The translations under genes and the position numbers were made by a program. DNA of 64,000 nt from Chlorokybus atmophyticus (Eukaryota > Plantae > Mesostigma and Chlorokybus algae). The stretch spans positions 79,957 to 143,956 of the forward strand of contig RHPI01000026.1 in assembly GCA_009103225.1 (NCBI GenBank), read 5' to 3'. The stretch's first letter is position 1. Every line of letters begins with the position of its first letter. Under the pieces are notes generated by a model, which was given only the letters and a program-made list of their open reading frames with translations, did not search any database and had not been told where the DNA came from. Shown piece after piece: positions 38,943-51,949 of this stretch.

Positions 38943-39742
38943 AGTCTAGATAGACCAGATGAGGACTGCCTTGCAAGGGGATTCTCTGTTGTGTCATACA
39001 TTCTTTGGCTGATGGAACAATGAGTTGTGAGGTAGTTGATGGCTATGTAGCAAGTCGCCAGTGTCTGTGTGAAATTGGTAGGGTGTGATCGTGCAGAAAA
39101 TGAAGGTGGCTCTGTGCTGGCACAGTTCCCCTTCAAGTTGCGACCGCTTCGTCAGTTGATGGCACGAGTTTGGTTATCAGAGTGTGCACATCATGCTGCT
39201 TGTATTGCATCTTCAATGTTGTTATGAGCCAAGGATGGATGTGCTGGTGGTGGCTGGGATTCCATTCAGTACGTCCAATATGCCGACAATGACTCTTCAT
39301 GAGTGTCATGTCCATATTGAGTGAGAGGCCGTTATAGATAAGACTGCAAGGTATCATGTGTTAGCAAACAATAAGGGCATCGCTATTGTTTGTTCAGATG
39401 TTATATGAATGCCATGAGAAAGATCTGCGTGTGTCCGCACATGACACCAACGACCTATGTACCAAGCTCTCATCTGCACATGACACTAACAATAGATGCT
39501 GAACTAAGATGTAACACTCTACGAGTACCGCGAGTACCAATGTACTATACAGGCAGCAACTTATGCTGTTGAATCGCAATCGTGACACACTCCGTTACCA
39601 CCTCAGGACTTGAAGACAGACCGGGTAACAGTGGTGCACTCTTTTACAAGGCCAGCATTATAGAAAATCGAAAAGGAGAACTCCCCTGCCAGTAGTGTTT
39701 GATACACTAGCATACACGCCTTGCTGTGCACAACAGTCCGAC

Positions 39743-39774
<32 letters not shown>

Positions 39775-40136
39775 NNNNNNNNNNNNNNNNNNNNNNNNNN
39801 NNNNNNNNNNNNNNNNNNNNNNNNNNNNNNNNNNNNNNNNNNNNNNNNNNNNNNNNNNNNNNNNNNNNNNNNNNNNNNNNNNNNNNNNNNNNNNNNNNNN
39901 NNNNNNNNNNNNNNNNNNNNNNNNNNNNNNNNNNNNNNNNNNNNNNNNNNNNNNNNNNNNNNNNNNNNNNNNNNNNNNNNNNNNNNNNNNNNNNNNNNNN
40001 NNNNNNNNNNNNNNNNNNNNNNNNNNNNNNNNNNNNNNNNNNNNNNNNNNNNNNNNNNNNNNNNNNNNNNNNNNNNNNNNNNNNNNNNNNNNNNNNNNNN
40101 NNNNNNNNNNNNNNNNNNNNNNNNNNNNNNNNNNNN
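39775..40136. other. Assembly gap (N run) after a long poly-G
   Basis: N bases preceded by a G homopolymer. Confidence 0.99.
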
Positions 40137-40281
40137 ACTGTGTTGGGGGGGCAGGAGAGGGAGAGGGAGAGCTGTGCTAGCGGATCAGTCATCCCCGCAG
40201 CATTCCTGCTAATGCTACCTTACTGACTGCTGCTATCGCTCACCTCCATCTCTCTTCTCGGCCAGATGTTACCCAGGGCTT

Positions 40282-41226
40282 CTACCAGGCATGCCCTTGA
40301 CCAAACTCCCTTGCCACAACATGCGCCGGCAACACTTGAAGCGCATCGTTGACCTGACTGTACAAGCGTTCGAGCGCAGTTCGTAAACCAGCAGTTGAGC
40401 AACTCCTGTTTTGCGGCAAGTCATCATGCAATAGAGAACATGCTCGGTGTCGAAGACATGTGCCATGAGCTCCATGGTGGAGCACAACACAAGTAGCTCA
40501 AAGCTCACGAAAGTTGCTTCTGTTGGTGCTTGCTCTCTCAAGCTATGTGACCTCAGACCCGACTCCTAACTTGCAGGTGCTTCAGCACCCTACACCCTTA
40601 CTCGTGCGAGACATTCCCTTGATGCACTCAATGAAGACCAGGCTGTGCTAAATACCGCTGCTTTAGCAACGCACCTTAGTGCAATAAAGCAACTGTTTCC
40701 GCCCAAGGCACAAAGGAAACAACTTCTGCGCAGTCAGAAGTTGCTTCCATTCGTGTTTAAACGAAAACAACTCTCTGATGATGCGAAGGTGCGTTGCAGA
40801 AGGAGCGGTAAACAGCAGAACCTCTTCCTCCACGAGTCATCAACGGGAATGTCTCACAAGTGAGGACAAAGGGCGCCCAGCGCCTGCGGATTGGAGTTGG
40901 GTTTGGGTCATGTAGACAAGGCCGCAACCAACAACAACAGCAGCTTGATGTGAGTTGACCTTAAGTTGACCGCATTGTGCTCACCACCGAACTCATGCCA
41001 CGTATCTTATCAGCACCGAGCATATTACCGCATGATGAACGGCACCATAACGGAAGTTGCAGCTGTTGGCGGTCGTACTTTATGTTCGCTTGTCTAATGA
41101 GGTTAACGATACACAGCTGTGAGCATGTTTACTTGGACAACACGTCCCACCACAGCATTCTCATCCAATCATGTACAGCTGCAACACAGCAATGGTCCAC
41201 ACGTGCTGCACGAGTGCACAAGTCGG

Positions 41227-41264
<38 letters not shown>

Positions 41265-41918
41265 NNNNNNNNNNNNNNNNNNNNNNNNNNNNNNNNNNNN
41301 NNNNNNNNNNNNNNNNNNNNNNNNNNNNNNNNNNNNNNNNNNNNNNNNNNNNNNNNNNNNNNNNNNNNNNNNNNNNNNNNNNNNNNNNNNNNNNNNNNNN
41401 NNNNNNNNNNNNNNNNNNNNNNNNNNNNNNNNNNNNNNNNNNNNNNNNNNNNNNNNNNNNNNNNNNNNNNNNNNNNNNNNNNNNNNNNNNNNNNNNNNNN
41501 NNNNNNNNNNNNNNNNNNNNNNNNNNNNNNNNNNNNNNNNNNNNNNNNNNNNNNNNNNNNNNNNNNNNNNNNNNNNNNNNNNNNNNNNNNNNNNNNNNNN
41601 NNNNNNNNNNNNNNNNNNNNNNNNNNNNNNNNNNNNNNNNNNNNNNNNNNNNNNNNNNNNNNNNNNNNNNNNNNNNNNNNNNNNNNNNNNNNNNNNNNNN
41701 NNNNNNNNNNNNNNNNNNNNNNNNNNNNNNNNNNNNNNNNNNNNNNNNNNNNNNNNNNNNNNNNNNNNNNNNNNNNNNNNNNNNNNNNNNNNNNNNNNNN
41801 NNNNNNNNNNNNNNNNNNNNNNNNNNNNNNNNNNNNNNNNNNNNNNNNNNNNNNNNNNNNNNNNNNNNNNNNNNNNNNNNNNNNNNNNNNNNNNNNNNNN
41901 NNNNNNNNNNNNNNNNNN

Positions 41919-41966
<48 letters not shown>

Positions 41967-42567
41967 GAGAGAGAGAGAGCAGCATACACACCTGCAGCTA
42001 GACTACCAAAAGCCTGCGCATAGCTTGCATCTCAGATCATCCCCATGTTGCCGCGACATGCAGCGTGCACACTATTACTGGCCCAGCTCTGCTTCCGCTG
42101 TGACTGTGAAAAGCAGACAGTGACTGCCTCAATTTGACAGCGACCTTACTCTCCCACAGCCTCGCTCCGCGCCTGCTGGTGATGTAAGGCCGATCTATTC
42201 AAGAGACAAAGCGGGACCCATCACGCCACCGGCCTGGATCACACCGCCGTCGCCGTCGCCGTCGCCGCCAACGCCGACTCCCTGCTGGCCTGGTGCATGA
42301 GAGAGACACAAACCTACACTGCGTGGTAGAATTATGAAACATAAAAGGCTGGAAACTCAGTGCGCGCGGAGTGAGCTGAAAGATCCTGAATTGGAGGTTT
42401 GGCGGGTTTCCGTGGACAAGCTCCAGTGATTTCCAACAAACTTGTGGATGTTTAATGAATTATGAATTGCGGAGACCGGAAACTTTGGTTGAGGTAATGG
42501 GGATACAGGTCAGGTGAGACACAAACACAGAGTCTGTCAGGGATACCCAGAGGCACACACCCAGACG

Positions 42568-42613
<46 letters not shown>

Positions 42614-43139
42614 CCACAACATCACATTGCCTGAGTACATCTTCAATTCTCCCTCTGTCGCTTTGTGTGTGTCTCCCCCATCATCGTCTCCCTCACCTTC
42701 ACTGCTTAGCATGAACTCTTCCGCCGCCGGCCCCGCCGCCGCTCTCGGCGCCGGTGGCCTGGGCGCCGTCCCCGACTCCGCCTTCTTCTCCTCCTCCTCC
42801 TCCGGGTCTGACACGTCCGCTTCCTCGGTTGAGGCGAGCGGGCAGATCGGGTGCACCGGCCTGCTGCACAGGGCAAAGGAGGCTGTGGCGAGACACCGAC
42901 ACAGGCGGAACGAGGAGGAGGAGGAGGAGGAGGAGGAGGGGGTGGAGCAGGCTGGTGGTACGGGCCATGGACAACAGTCTGTTGAAGGACGGGTGAGTGC
43001 TGCCTGTTGTTTCTACTTGTTTTGCTGCTGTGTGGCATTGCTGACAGATGGTGATGACCGTTTGCGCTTTGCCTCCGAGCTCGAGCATGTTAGCATGTGC
43101 GTGCATGTGCATGCAGTGGTGTGCATTGTTGGTCAATCT

Positions 43140-43194
<55 letters not shown>

Positions 43195-45356
43195 AGCAGT
43201 GTCATTCTCTCATCAAAGTGTGCTTACACAGCAGGTCACGGTGGCTGGCAACACTCCTACGCTGCTCACCCAAGCCATGTCAGGGGTGCTTCCTCCGACT
43301 GGGCACCCAATGGCATAAGCAGCACACACATGCCAGCATGGTGAACGTCGTGTACATAATGTGTACAAGCTGATGTAGGCTTTGATGTGACATTGAAGCA
43401 ACACAACTTGCAGTGGGTCACACTTGAGACTGGCACAGTGTATGAGTCATGCTACAATGTATTGTTAGGTGCTGTATAGGCAGGAGACGGTTGTTCTTGT
43501 ACGTGCTTGTTTGCAGTCGGTGGGTTTGTGCTTGTGTGGTGTCCTGTAGATCAGTGTGCAGTCCCCGCTTCACATAATAAACGCAGCACCTCTCTGTCCA
43601 TGGACACCCGTTGGTGCAGCGTTTTTCCCATGGCATTGTGTGTATTGAGCCCGCGCGCTGGCCGTTGCAGCTATCGTGCTTCAGCTTGTGCCTCGGTGGC
43701 TACCCATGCAGCACTTACATGTAGGTACGCACACTGCCTGGTGCTGGCTCAGCCACTGGTTTGGGTGGTGATTGAGTGGGTTACAGGCAATCACTGCCTG
43801 TAACCCACATCATGATGATGTAGCACACATGCTGCTGCGTTACACATACCAGACAAAGCAGCCTGGCAGTGCATGTTCAAGGTTCTTTTCAACCTTGCAA
43901 GATTGAAGATGTTGTAACCGCTGTGCATGCATGTAGCTTACGGTAGCCGCGCACGCTGCATGCCACAGTGTGTTTGCAGCGCGTTTGCAACAGATTGCAG
44001 GTGCTCACTTCACTTGAACGTACACACAAAAACACACGAGTATACATCCGAACATTGGAATGCTGACGCACACAAAGGCGCACACGCGTTTGTGCACATG
44101 TGTTCACATGCGCATGCACACCTTGCATGCACGAATTGCCCACTCCTTGTAAACACTGCATAACACGCACACACGTGCATGCACATGTACGTAGATATGT
44201 GCATGCCCAAGCATGTATACATGCATGCAAGCACACGCGCAGGCACGCCCAAGCATGTGTACATGCAAGCATACACAGGATACAACAAATGGCTGATTAA
44301 CAATAGAGGCCAATCAGTGGGACATGGTATTCAGCATTTCAGCACAAAGACGTGCATAACATACAGCCAAAGCATATATTGCAATGCAACAGCACGCATA
44401 CATGCGCACACGTATGCGCATAAGTATTTAAAGTTGTACTGTCATGATGCACAACCATATGCGTGTCTTTAAGTACATCATTGCTGATATACGCAGCGCA
44501 TATTGCTCGTATTGTTATAAGTGGTTATGTAAGTACTCAAGTATAGTGTGCAGTATTCATATTATCATATGCATCATTGAGTGGTGCACGCAACAAGGTT
44601 TATTGGGATCCGTTGCTGATCCCGATTTGCATATACAGCTTTAAAACTTTATGGACAAACATGTGCTATGATTGTAATGTACTCATAATGTAAATACATA
44701 AACATGTCATGCATGCCATGTTTGTCCAAGATAAGCAACTGAAGCTTTATTTACAAACACATATAAACATGTGATAAAATCTTTAAGAACATGTTATGCA
44801 TACTTTTATAATCTCATAGATTGAGATCTCAAAACCTTATGGAATGTTGCCACTTTAATTGTAGACCACGCCACATCATGTGGCATAGTACCAATATTCT
44901 ACACTTGTGGACGCCTTAATACATGCACTGCCGTAAAGCCTTCACGGTGAAGGTCGCTTCAACGACGCCATCATGTTGACACCCCCAATCCACAGCGCGG
45001 GTGACTCACCGCGCGGACATGCCAATCATTCGTACCGGATAGCATACAATATACATGCCGTGCCAGCTGGCAGGTGACGTGGCCGTGACTGCGCTGGTGC
45101 TGGCGGCGGCGGCGGCGGCGGCGGCGGTGGGGTCGTCGCTGCCGTGGCGGTCGTTGTCGTTAGGGTCAAAAGGTTTTGTTGAACGAAATTGCCAATTAGG
45201 GTTGAGCTCCGGTGTCGTCTCTGGCCCAGCAGCTGCTTCGCCACGTTGCCGGTATGCGCCGCCCTCGCCTCCACTGCTTGCTGCGCGGTTGCTTGCTTGC
45301 TGCGCACAGCTTTGCTTGCAAGCGAGTCCCCTAAGTTGTGGTGGTGAAAGGATCAC
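40282..45356 (-). CDS. Possible fragmentary uncharacterised gene interrupted by a gap
   Basis: Coding-like minus-strand segments at about 45356-45060, 42900-42620 (acidic), 40830-40680 and a terminal-looking LRTALERLYSQVNDALQVLPAHVVAREFGQGHAW* ending 40282. The exon chain could not be closed. Confidence 0.3.
41230..41980. repeat. (GA)n microsatellite flanking an N gap (41265-41918)
   Basis: GA runs on both sides of the gap. Other GA/CT runs at about 42570-42611, 43140-43187 and 56611-56657. Confidence 0.95.
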
Positions 45357-45880
45357 CGCATGGCTGATAGCTCAGTGACAGTGAACCGGCACGCACAGTG
45401 TTTGCGTGGGTGCGTGCGCGCTCAGTCACGCCGTCTCAGTCTGTGCACTGCATGCCTACCTTTCTACTGCTTCTGCTGACTGAGTTAGGGTTTTAAACGT
45501 TGCAGCAGGTTGGTATGCAAACTTAAACTTAGAGGTAGGTTGAACCCGCTGCTTGTGCTGGTACTACTGGTGCTGGTACTGCTCCTGCACATTACATGCA
45601 TGACAACTATAGTGGGCTGACATGCAGCGCTTGTTGTTGTTGTTCGTAAAGTCATTGACACATCAGGAAGCCATACGCGTTTACTCACATGCATCAAGTT
45701 CAAAGCAAGCAGCTTAACCTCTGTCAAGCGCCTACATGCATGAAGTAGTGATCAACCTCACTCTTAATATTACACGTCCAGAGTCTCAACTGCACGCGCA
45801 ACTTCTGCAAAAAGGTGCCGTCAACCACGAGTTTCCTTACAACACAAGAATGACAACAAAGTGAAGCTTGCCAGCAACAA

Positions 45881-45911
<31 letters not shown>

Positions 45912-45919
45912 TGCCAAGC

Positions 45920-47220
45920 ATGGCGACGTGGATCGGCGCGCTTCAGCTGTTCATCTTCTACTGCGCGTGGATCGGCGGCTCCCTCTTCCCGCTGGTCATG
46001 CTCGTCCTGCTTATCCACACACGCGACATCCGCTGGCTCACCATCCCGGTCGCATACTACAGCTACAGGTGCGACATGTGTGCATACATACTGTGTTGTG
46101 TTGTCGCATCACACTTTAGTGTGATCAATCACATTGGTCATACATGTGTGATCTTAATGCCCCAGTATAACGCTCCTGTTGGCTTTCTAAACCACTTTCC
46201 AACAGCAGCATGGCACTATCGTGTGTTGGTTTAATGACACGTCAAGACTTTACACACACAATGTACCATACCATACTATCATTCCAATAGCTAACACAGC
46301 CACAACACACAACACACCAACCCCATCAGGACCGTTCATCCGAAGCAGCAGTGGCCCGCCGTCCACCAGTGGATGCGCTGCGTGACGCGTGACCACCCGT
46401 ACATGCGGACGCAGAAGGTGGTGCTGGAGGGCGGGGAGGACTCGGAGTGCAGACCGCGGCCCGGATCGCGCACGATGCTCGCGTTCCATCCGCATGGGTG
46501 CCTCACTGTGGGGTGGTGCCTAAATGGAAACATGGTGAGAGAGAGAATACTGATTTGCATACACACGCGCGCAATCTCTACAACTCTGCCTACACACATA
46601 CACTCTCACATATGTACCACATGTGTGCGTGCCACATATGGCGCATGCACTTGCCAAGTGTTGTTGTTGTTGTTGTTGTTGATGGTGATGGTGATGGTGA
46701 TGGTGATGGTGATGATGATGATGATGGCATTCTCTTATCCTGGTTGTCAGGGTCCTGCCTTTCATGGCTCTGGCATCAAGTGGCTTGTTGCGGACGCGCT
46801 GTGGTACATGCCTGTTATCGGGTACGTGTGTTTTCAACTCGTGCTTCAGCAGCACATAGCTGTTTATCTAAGGTCCACTTACCACACAATACATACAACA
46901 CGTCACAACACAACTGTTGTCTCACATGTGCGTCCACTCACAGGGACATGTTGGCGTGGTTCAACTCGGGCCAAGCGGGCCGCGAGTCTCTGCTGCGTAG
47001 CATGAAGGCCGGCGAGAACGTCGCGCTGCTGCCGGGCGGGTTCGAGGAGGCCGCACTGTACAAGCACGGCGCGCACCGCGTGTGAGTAAGCCCCACCCCA
47101 CGTGAGAGAGAGAAGCTTGCCACATATGCTTGTGGGAGTGTGTTCAGTGGTGGCTGGATTGAGTTTGAACTGGATGCTTGGTACTGTGCTGTAGGCGCAA
47201 AGAGAAATCAGTTGCGTGCA

Positions 47221-47254
<34 letters not shown>

Positions 47255-48142
47255 TGTCTTGCATTAAGCAGTGACCAACAGTGTGCGTGTGCGCATGCGT
47301 GTGCTTCCTCTCGCTCTCGCGCGCGCGCACACACACACTCTGCTGGTCGCTGGGTGCTGCTTTTCCTATTGCCAACAAAACTCAACACACTTGACAAGGC
47401 ACTTGAAACGACGCATGTTGGCGTTGGTGTGCAGTTACATAAAGAGGCGAAAGGGGTTCGTCAAGTACTGCATGCAGAACGGGTACCGCATCCAGCCCGT
47501 GTACACCTTTGGCGAGGAGCTATGCTACCGCACATGGAACGGCCTTCTCAACCTCCGCATGTGGCTCAGCAGACACAAGGCAAGAAACAAAACTTATATG
47601 TGGCATCTTGACACGTGGCATGCAGCACAATCTGCCTCTGTTATATTGATATGCTAATCTAGCTGATATTGTGTCAACAGTATGCATCATACAATAGTGG
47701 CTCATTCCATCATGCGTGGTCTCATGATGTGTCTGTGTTACAGATACCTGGGGTGCTGTTTGTGGGTCTATGGGGCACCTTCATGCCGCTCCGGAACGTG
47801 GACCTCGTCACCGTGGTGGGATCGCCCATGGAAGTACCTCACATAAAGGTGGGTTTGTGTTGGGTTACTTGTGGGTGGGTGGGTGTCTGCGCGCGCGTAA
47901 GCATGGGTGTATATGATGTATAACGTGTGCACTCTGTGTACAAAGAATGCAGTGCATGCGCATTCTTGCGCTGTGCTCGTGCTGCAGTTGTTGCTGATTA
48001 CTTACTTTTGATGGTCCAGAACCCCTCAAAGGAGGAGATCGAGAAATGCCACAGTCAGTACGTCACAAAGCTCAAGGCTCTGTTCGACAAGTACAAGAAG
48101 CAGTACGCGGCGGATCCCAACGCGGACCTCTACATTGATTGA
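45920..48142 (+). CDS. DGAT2: Type-2 diacylglycerol acyltransferase (DAGAT family)
   Basis: N-terminal hydrophobic segment, AFHPHG, LLPGGFEEA, RRKGFVKY, QPVYTFGE, TVVGSPMEVP and YVTKLKALFDKYK. One GC donor at 47580-47581. Confidence 0.93.
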
Positions 48143-48785
48143 GGCAAACTCATGTTGGGTGGGACTTCTTGATGAGTATTGCTGAGTTGCGAGAGGGGGG
48201 GGACAGAATTAGAGGCTAGAAGAAGAGTGTAGCAGAGCGTAGCTGAGTTGAGGACAAGGTTGATGAGGTTAGTGACTTGTATAGAAGCGCAAGTGCTCAT
48301 TGTGTGCAGCAAGAGCGCACCTGATGCGGCTGTTGTTGTGGTTAGTTGAGCACGTTTGCATGATTGACAATAACTAGAAATGGTTGCTGTTGGCTTGGCA
48401 ATACAACAGGTAAACTCTTCACTCTACAGGTAGGGACACTTCAGGCTGTGCATGCGTTTTATGCTTGCTGTGTCAAAAGGACAGAGATTCAGTTGACAGA
48501 CAGAGCCAAACGTTGATCAGTCACAGGTCTGAATAGGTAGGTTCTCGTGTTCTGTGCAGTCTGCGCAATTGTGTGAGGGTAGTACATGACCTCAGCGCCT
48601 AACAACACCACTTCCCCATTTAACACTTTCAGTGTTTTTGCACTCTCGAGTAACATGTTCAAGTTGTCTAGTGTGAGATTTGGAAGTATGGACGCATTCG
48701 TGCTTGTGTGCTGAGTGACAATCGACAACACTGTGGATACGCCCACAGCAAGCAGCCGAGCTGAAGCAGCTTTTTACGCTAGTCT

Positions 48786-51315
48786 TTACGCCAACTCAGT
48801 CGTGAGCAGAGGCAGGCGCTTCTCCCAGGTCAACTTGCTGTCCGCTGCACACGTACCAAAGAAACAACCAGGTGTAGCAAGACCTAAAGAAACAGGTGGT
48901 GGAAACCTGTGGCAGTGGCAGACGGGTGCAAGAGGGTAATAGTTGCAACACACCAACGTGCCGGTATGTGTCAAACACAATCAACCAACCATCTACCTTT
49001 CCTGATGCGACTCGAGTTTGTGACGGTTGGCTGCAGCCTGCACATCGACAAGCAATGAGGCAACAGAAGAAAAGACAACACGACACGACACGACACGACA
49101 CTTTCCCTCAACATGTGTGGTCATATGTACCATTGCCTGCGCAGCAAAGCCTTTCTTCTCTACGACACCGCCGGTCTGAACCGCCTCCGCGGAAGCAATG
49201 TACTCAGCCGCCTCCTGCAGCAGCAGAAAAATACACATTAAGTGTGATGTGACGTTTGTTTGGTGTACAAACACAGATTAAAGATGTTCTGACTTTGTGA
49301 GCAAATACGTGCAAGTAGTAGTAGTCCTTGTCATAAGTGCGCGTACCTTGCTCAAAGGTTTGCCGCCGAGGTACTCTGGCGGGTAGGGCATGGCTACAGG
49401 GGGCCTGTCGTGGTGCATACATAAAGACAATGGATCTGAGAGCAATGTCGCAGCGCACATGTGTGTCACAAGGTTTATCATAATGATGTTGTTGTTGCGT
49501 GTGATACTGTCGGTCACTTTCTCCTCCGCTCACTTTGGGACGTAGATGGGGTCCTCCCCGCGTGTGTGCGCATCCGCAGCCGCCTGCACACATGTTGTGT
49601 CAGTGTTACCAGTTGCCAAACGCTACCAGCAATATTTGTGCATACACGCACACATTGCGTGCGCACTTATACGCACACCCATACACACACCTGTGCCTGT
49701 GCAGCGAAGCCCCCATCCTGCAACTCCCCACCCGTCTGCACCTTCTCCGCACGCTTGATACGCGCCGCAGCCTCCTGCACGAAGTGCCACGCACACGCAC
49801 ACACACTCTCACCCACCCACCTACCAACACACCAACACCACCAACACCACTCTCTCCTCGCCTGGCTCATGGCCTTGCCTCCCAGGTACTCCGGCGGCCA
49901 GTTCTCCGGACGTGGCGGCGGGTTGGGCAGTGGCCTTTTCTCGGTTAGGATGTGGAGCTTCTGGGACTCGTGGCGCTTGGCGGCGGCCTGGTGAGCAAGT
50001 CATGGCCCGTTGATGCGAAGTGGAAGGCACACATGCATACACACACGGATGCGGCAAACAGACACAGGCGCACTTGTGCACGTGTGGTGCGCGTTATGCA
50101 TGCACGGGCTCACGCACATGCACATATTTGCACGCATCCACACGCCCACCCAGAGAGAGAGAGAGACTCACATACACACAAGCACGCTTTCTACAAACTC
50201 CACACCTTAGCCTGGTCAGCAAATCCTCCCGGAGCAACGATCCCGCCCGTCTGTACCGCCTCCGCGTCCGCCAGCAGGTCCGCAGCCTCCTGATCAAGAT
50301 CAAGTTGGGAGAGGAGTGGAATCACACAGTCACACGAGTTACACTTCATACCCAACACTGCTGCTCAGGCCAACAGAGGCACACACACTCGCCTTTGTCA
50401 TGGGCTTGCCGGCCAGGTACTCGGGTGGACCGGGCTCGTCGTCCTTGCGCCTGCGTGGAGTTTGTTTGCAAGTCCCACGTTGGACATGCATGCACGCGCG
50501 CACGCACGCACGTGGATCAGATGTGTGCGAGTGTTGTGTTGTGGGTCGCTTGCCTCCGGATGTTTGCTGGGAACTCCCCGCGCGCGTGGCGATCAGCAGC
50601 AGACTGCAGTGCACCGCCAACAAGGTTGGGTCAGTCTCTGCAAGCATACTGTCCAACATGATGTCTAGACATCATGTTGGATACGTGAGTTTGCCAATTA
50701 GCGATCACTTCTGCTCTTGGGCACTAAACAGCCATGCGCTGCTTTCGAACCAGGAGGAGCAAAGTGCGTGCATGCAATGCCGCATTTCCCTGTGTTGTGC
50801 CTGGCAGGCACAACACAGGGAAATTGTGAGTGGAAAGTATGCGGCTGAGATACTTTGGACAATGATGCAAACTGCACACGCCCTGCTTGCCTTGGCCTGA
50901 GCGGCGAATCCTCCCTTTTCGATGCCGTCGCCCGTCTGCACCGACTCAGCCCGCGCTATCAGCTTCGCAGCCTCCTGACCAGCACGTCACCATCAACATC
51001 ACCATCACCATCACCACCAACATCAACATCGGAATCACCATCACCATCACCATGCATCAGGAGCATGCATCATAGTGCCTGGGTCATGGGCTTGCCGCCG
51101 AGGGTCTCGGGGGGACCCATCGCCAGGTCGTTGAAGCGCTGAGGCAGGTCGTTGTGGTCATCGTCCTTCTCATGCCAGTCCTCATGGGCGTTGTCGTGGG
51201 CCTCCTGCTTGTGGTTGTCCGCCTCCTGAAAGTCGCCAGCTGTGTTGCTGCTGCTGCTGAGGTGAGGCGGAGGCGGAGGCGGAGGCGGAGGCACTGCATC
51301 TCCCGCAGCAGCCAT
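48786..51315 (-). CDS. SMP-domain (LEA D-34-type) protein with four repeat modules (gene C)
   Basis: ATG 51315. Four modules of PPE[YT]L[GA]GK[PA][ML][TS]x | 28-aa exon | [SA]AA[DKN][RA]H; all exons join in phase if five GC donors are accepted. The last exon and stop at 48786 are tentative. Confidence 0.75.
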
Positions 51316-51949
51316 GGGCAGCGGGACACACATCCAACACCCTGTGTGGCACACAGGCGGACACCCACACCCTCAATGTGTAAATACCAACCACTGGCAG
51401 CGACAGCAGATCCAAAAGGCCAGGACAGGGCCGAGCGCCTTTCAATCATGATGCTTGGAAAGCTAGCTCGCAGAGATACTCTCAAGAAACCTGAACTGAG
51501 AGCTGAGCCAGCTCTGCAGTGCACTGGAATTGCCACTGCGTGAGTGTTGCTCCTCTCCTGACGGGTTTTTGTCATAAAGGTCTCGACCTCGCCTGCCAGG
51601 CTCAGCGAGCCCCCGTCAAGATGCCTAAACACTGTCAATGCGTGCGTATGTGCAGTAACAACGTCAGCAGAGTGCAGTGAAGATAATGCCAGATCAGGGA
51701 TGCCACGATCTTTGCACTGCCAATGATCGGATCAGCGGCGCTTGAACCGTGTGCATGCGTGTGTGCTTGTGTGGTGTCTTTCAAGCTCTGCGTCTGTTGG
51801 GGTCAAGCGTTGGGCTGTGTGCTAAGGACGGAAGAGTATTAGCGGGAGCAAGAGGGGGACCCCAAGTGAGACAAAGAGAGAAAGAGGGCGCTGCCGCTAG
51901 CTAGCAGAGAGGAGGTGGGGAAGGAGAAGCTTGGTTCCCAGCAGGCATC

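Noticed and set aside
39695-42123. Long ORFs spanning N gaps and GA repeats
   Set aside because: They are open only because of Ns and dinucleotide repeats.
21557-48142. Biosynthetic or lipid gene cluster (PPTase, carrier, DGAT2)
   Set aside because: The genes are separated by unrelated housekeeping genes, and there is no PKS, NRPS or FAS gene.
51316-51949. ABRE elements in the SMP divergent promoter
   Set aside because: No ACGTG(G/T)C was seen, and CATGC motifs are ubiquitous in this genome so are uninformative.
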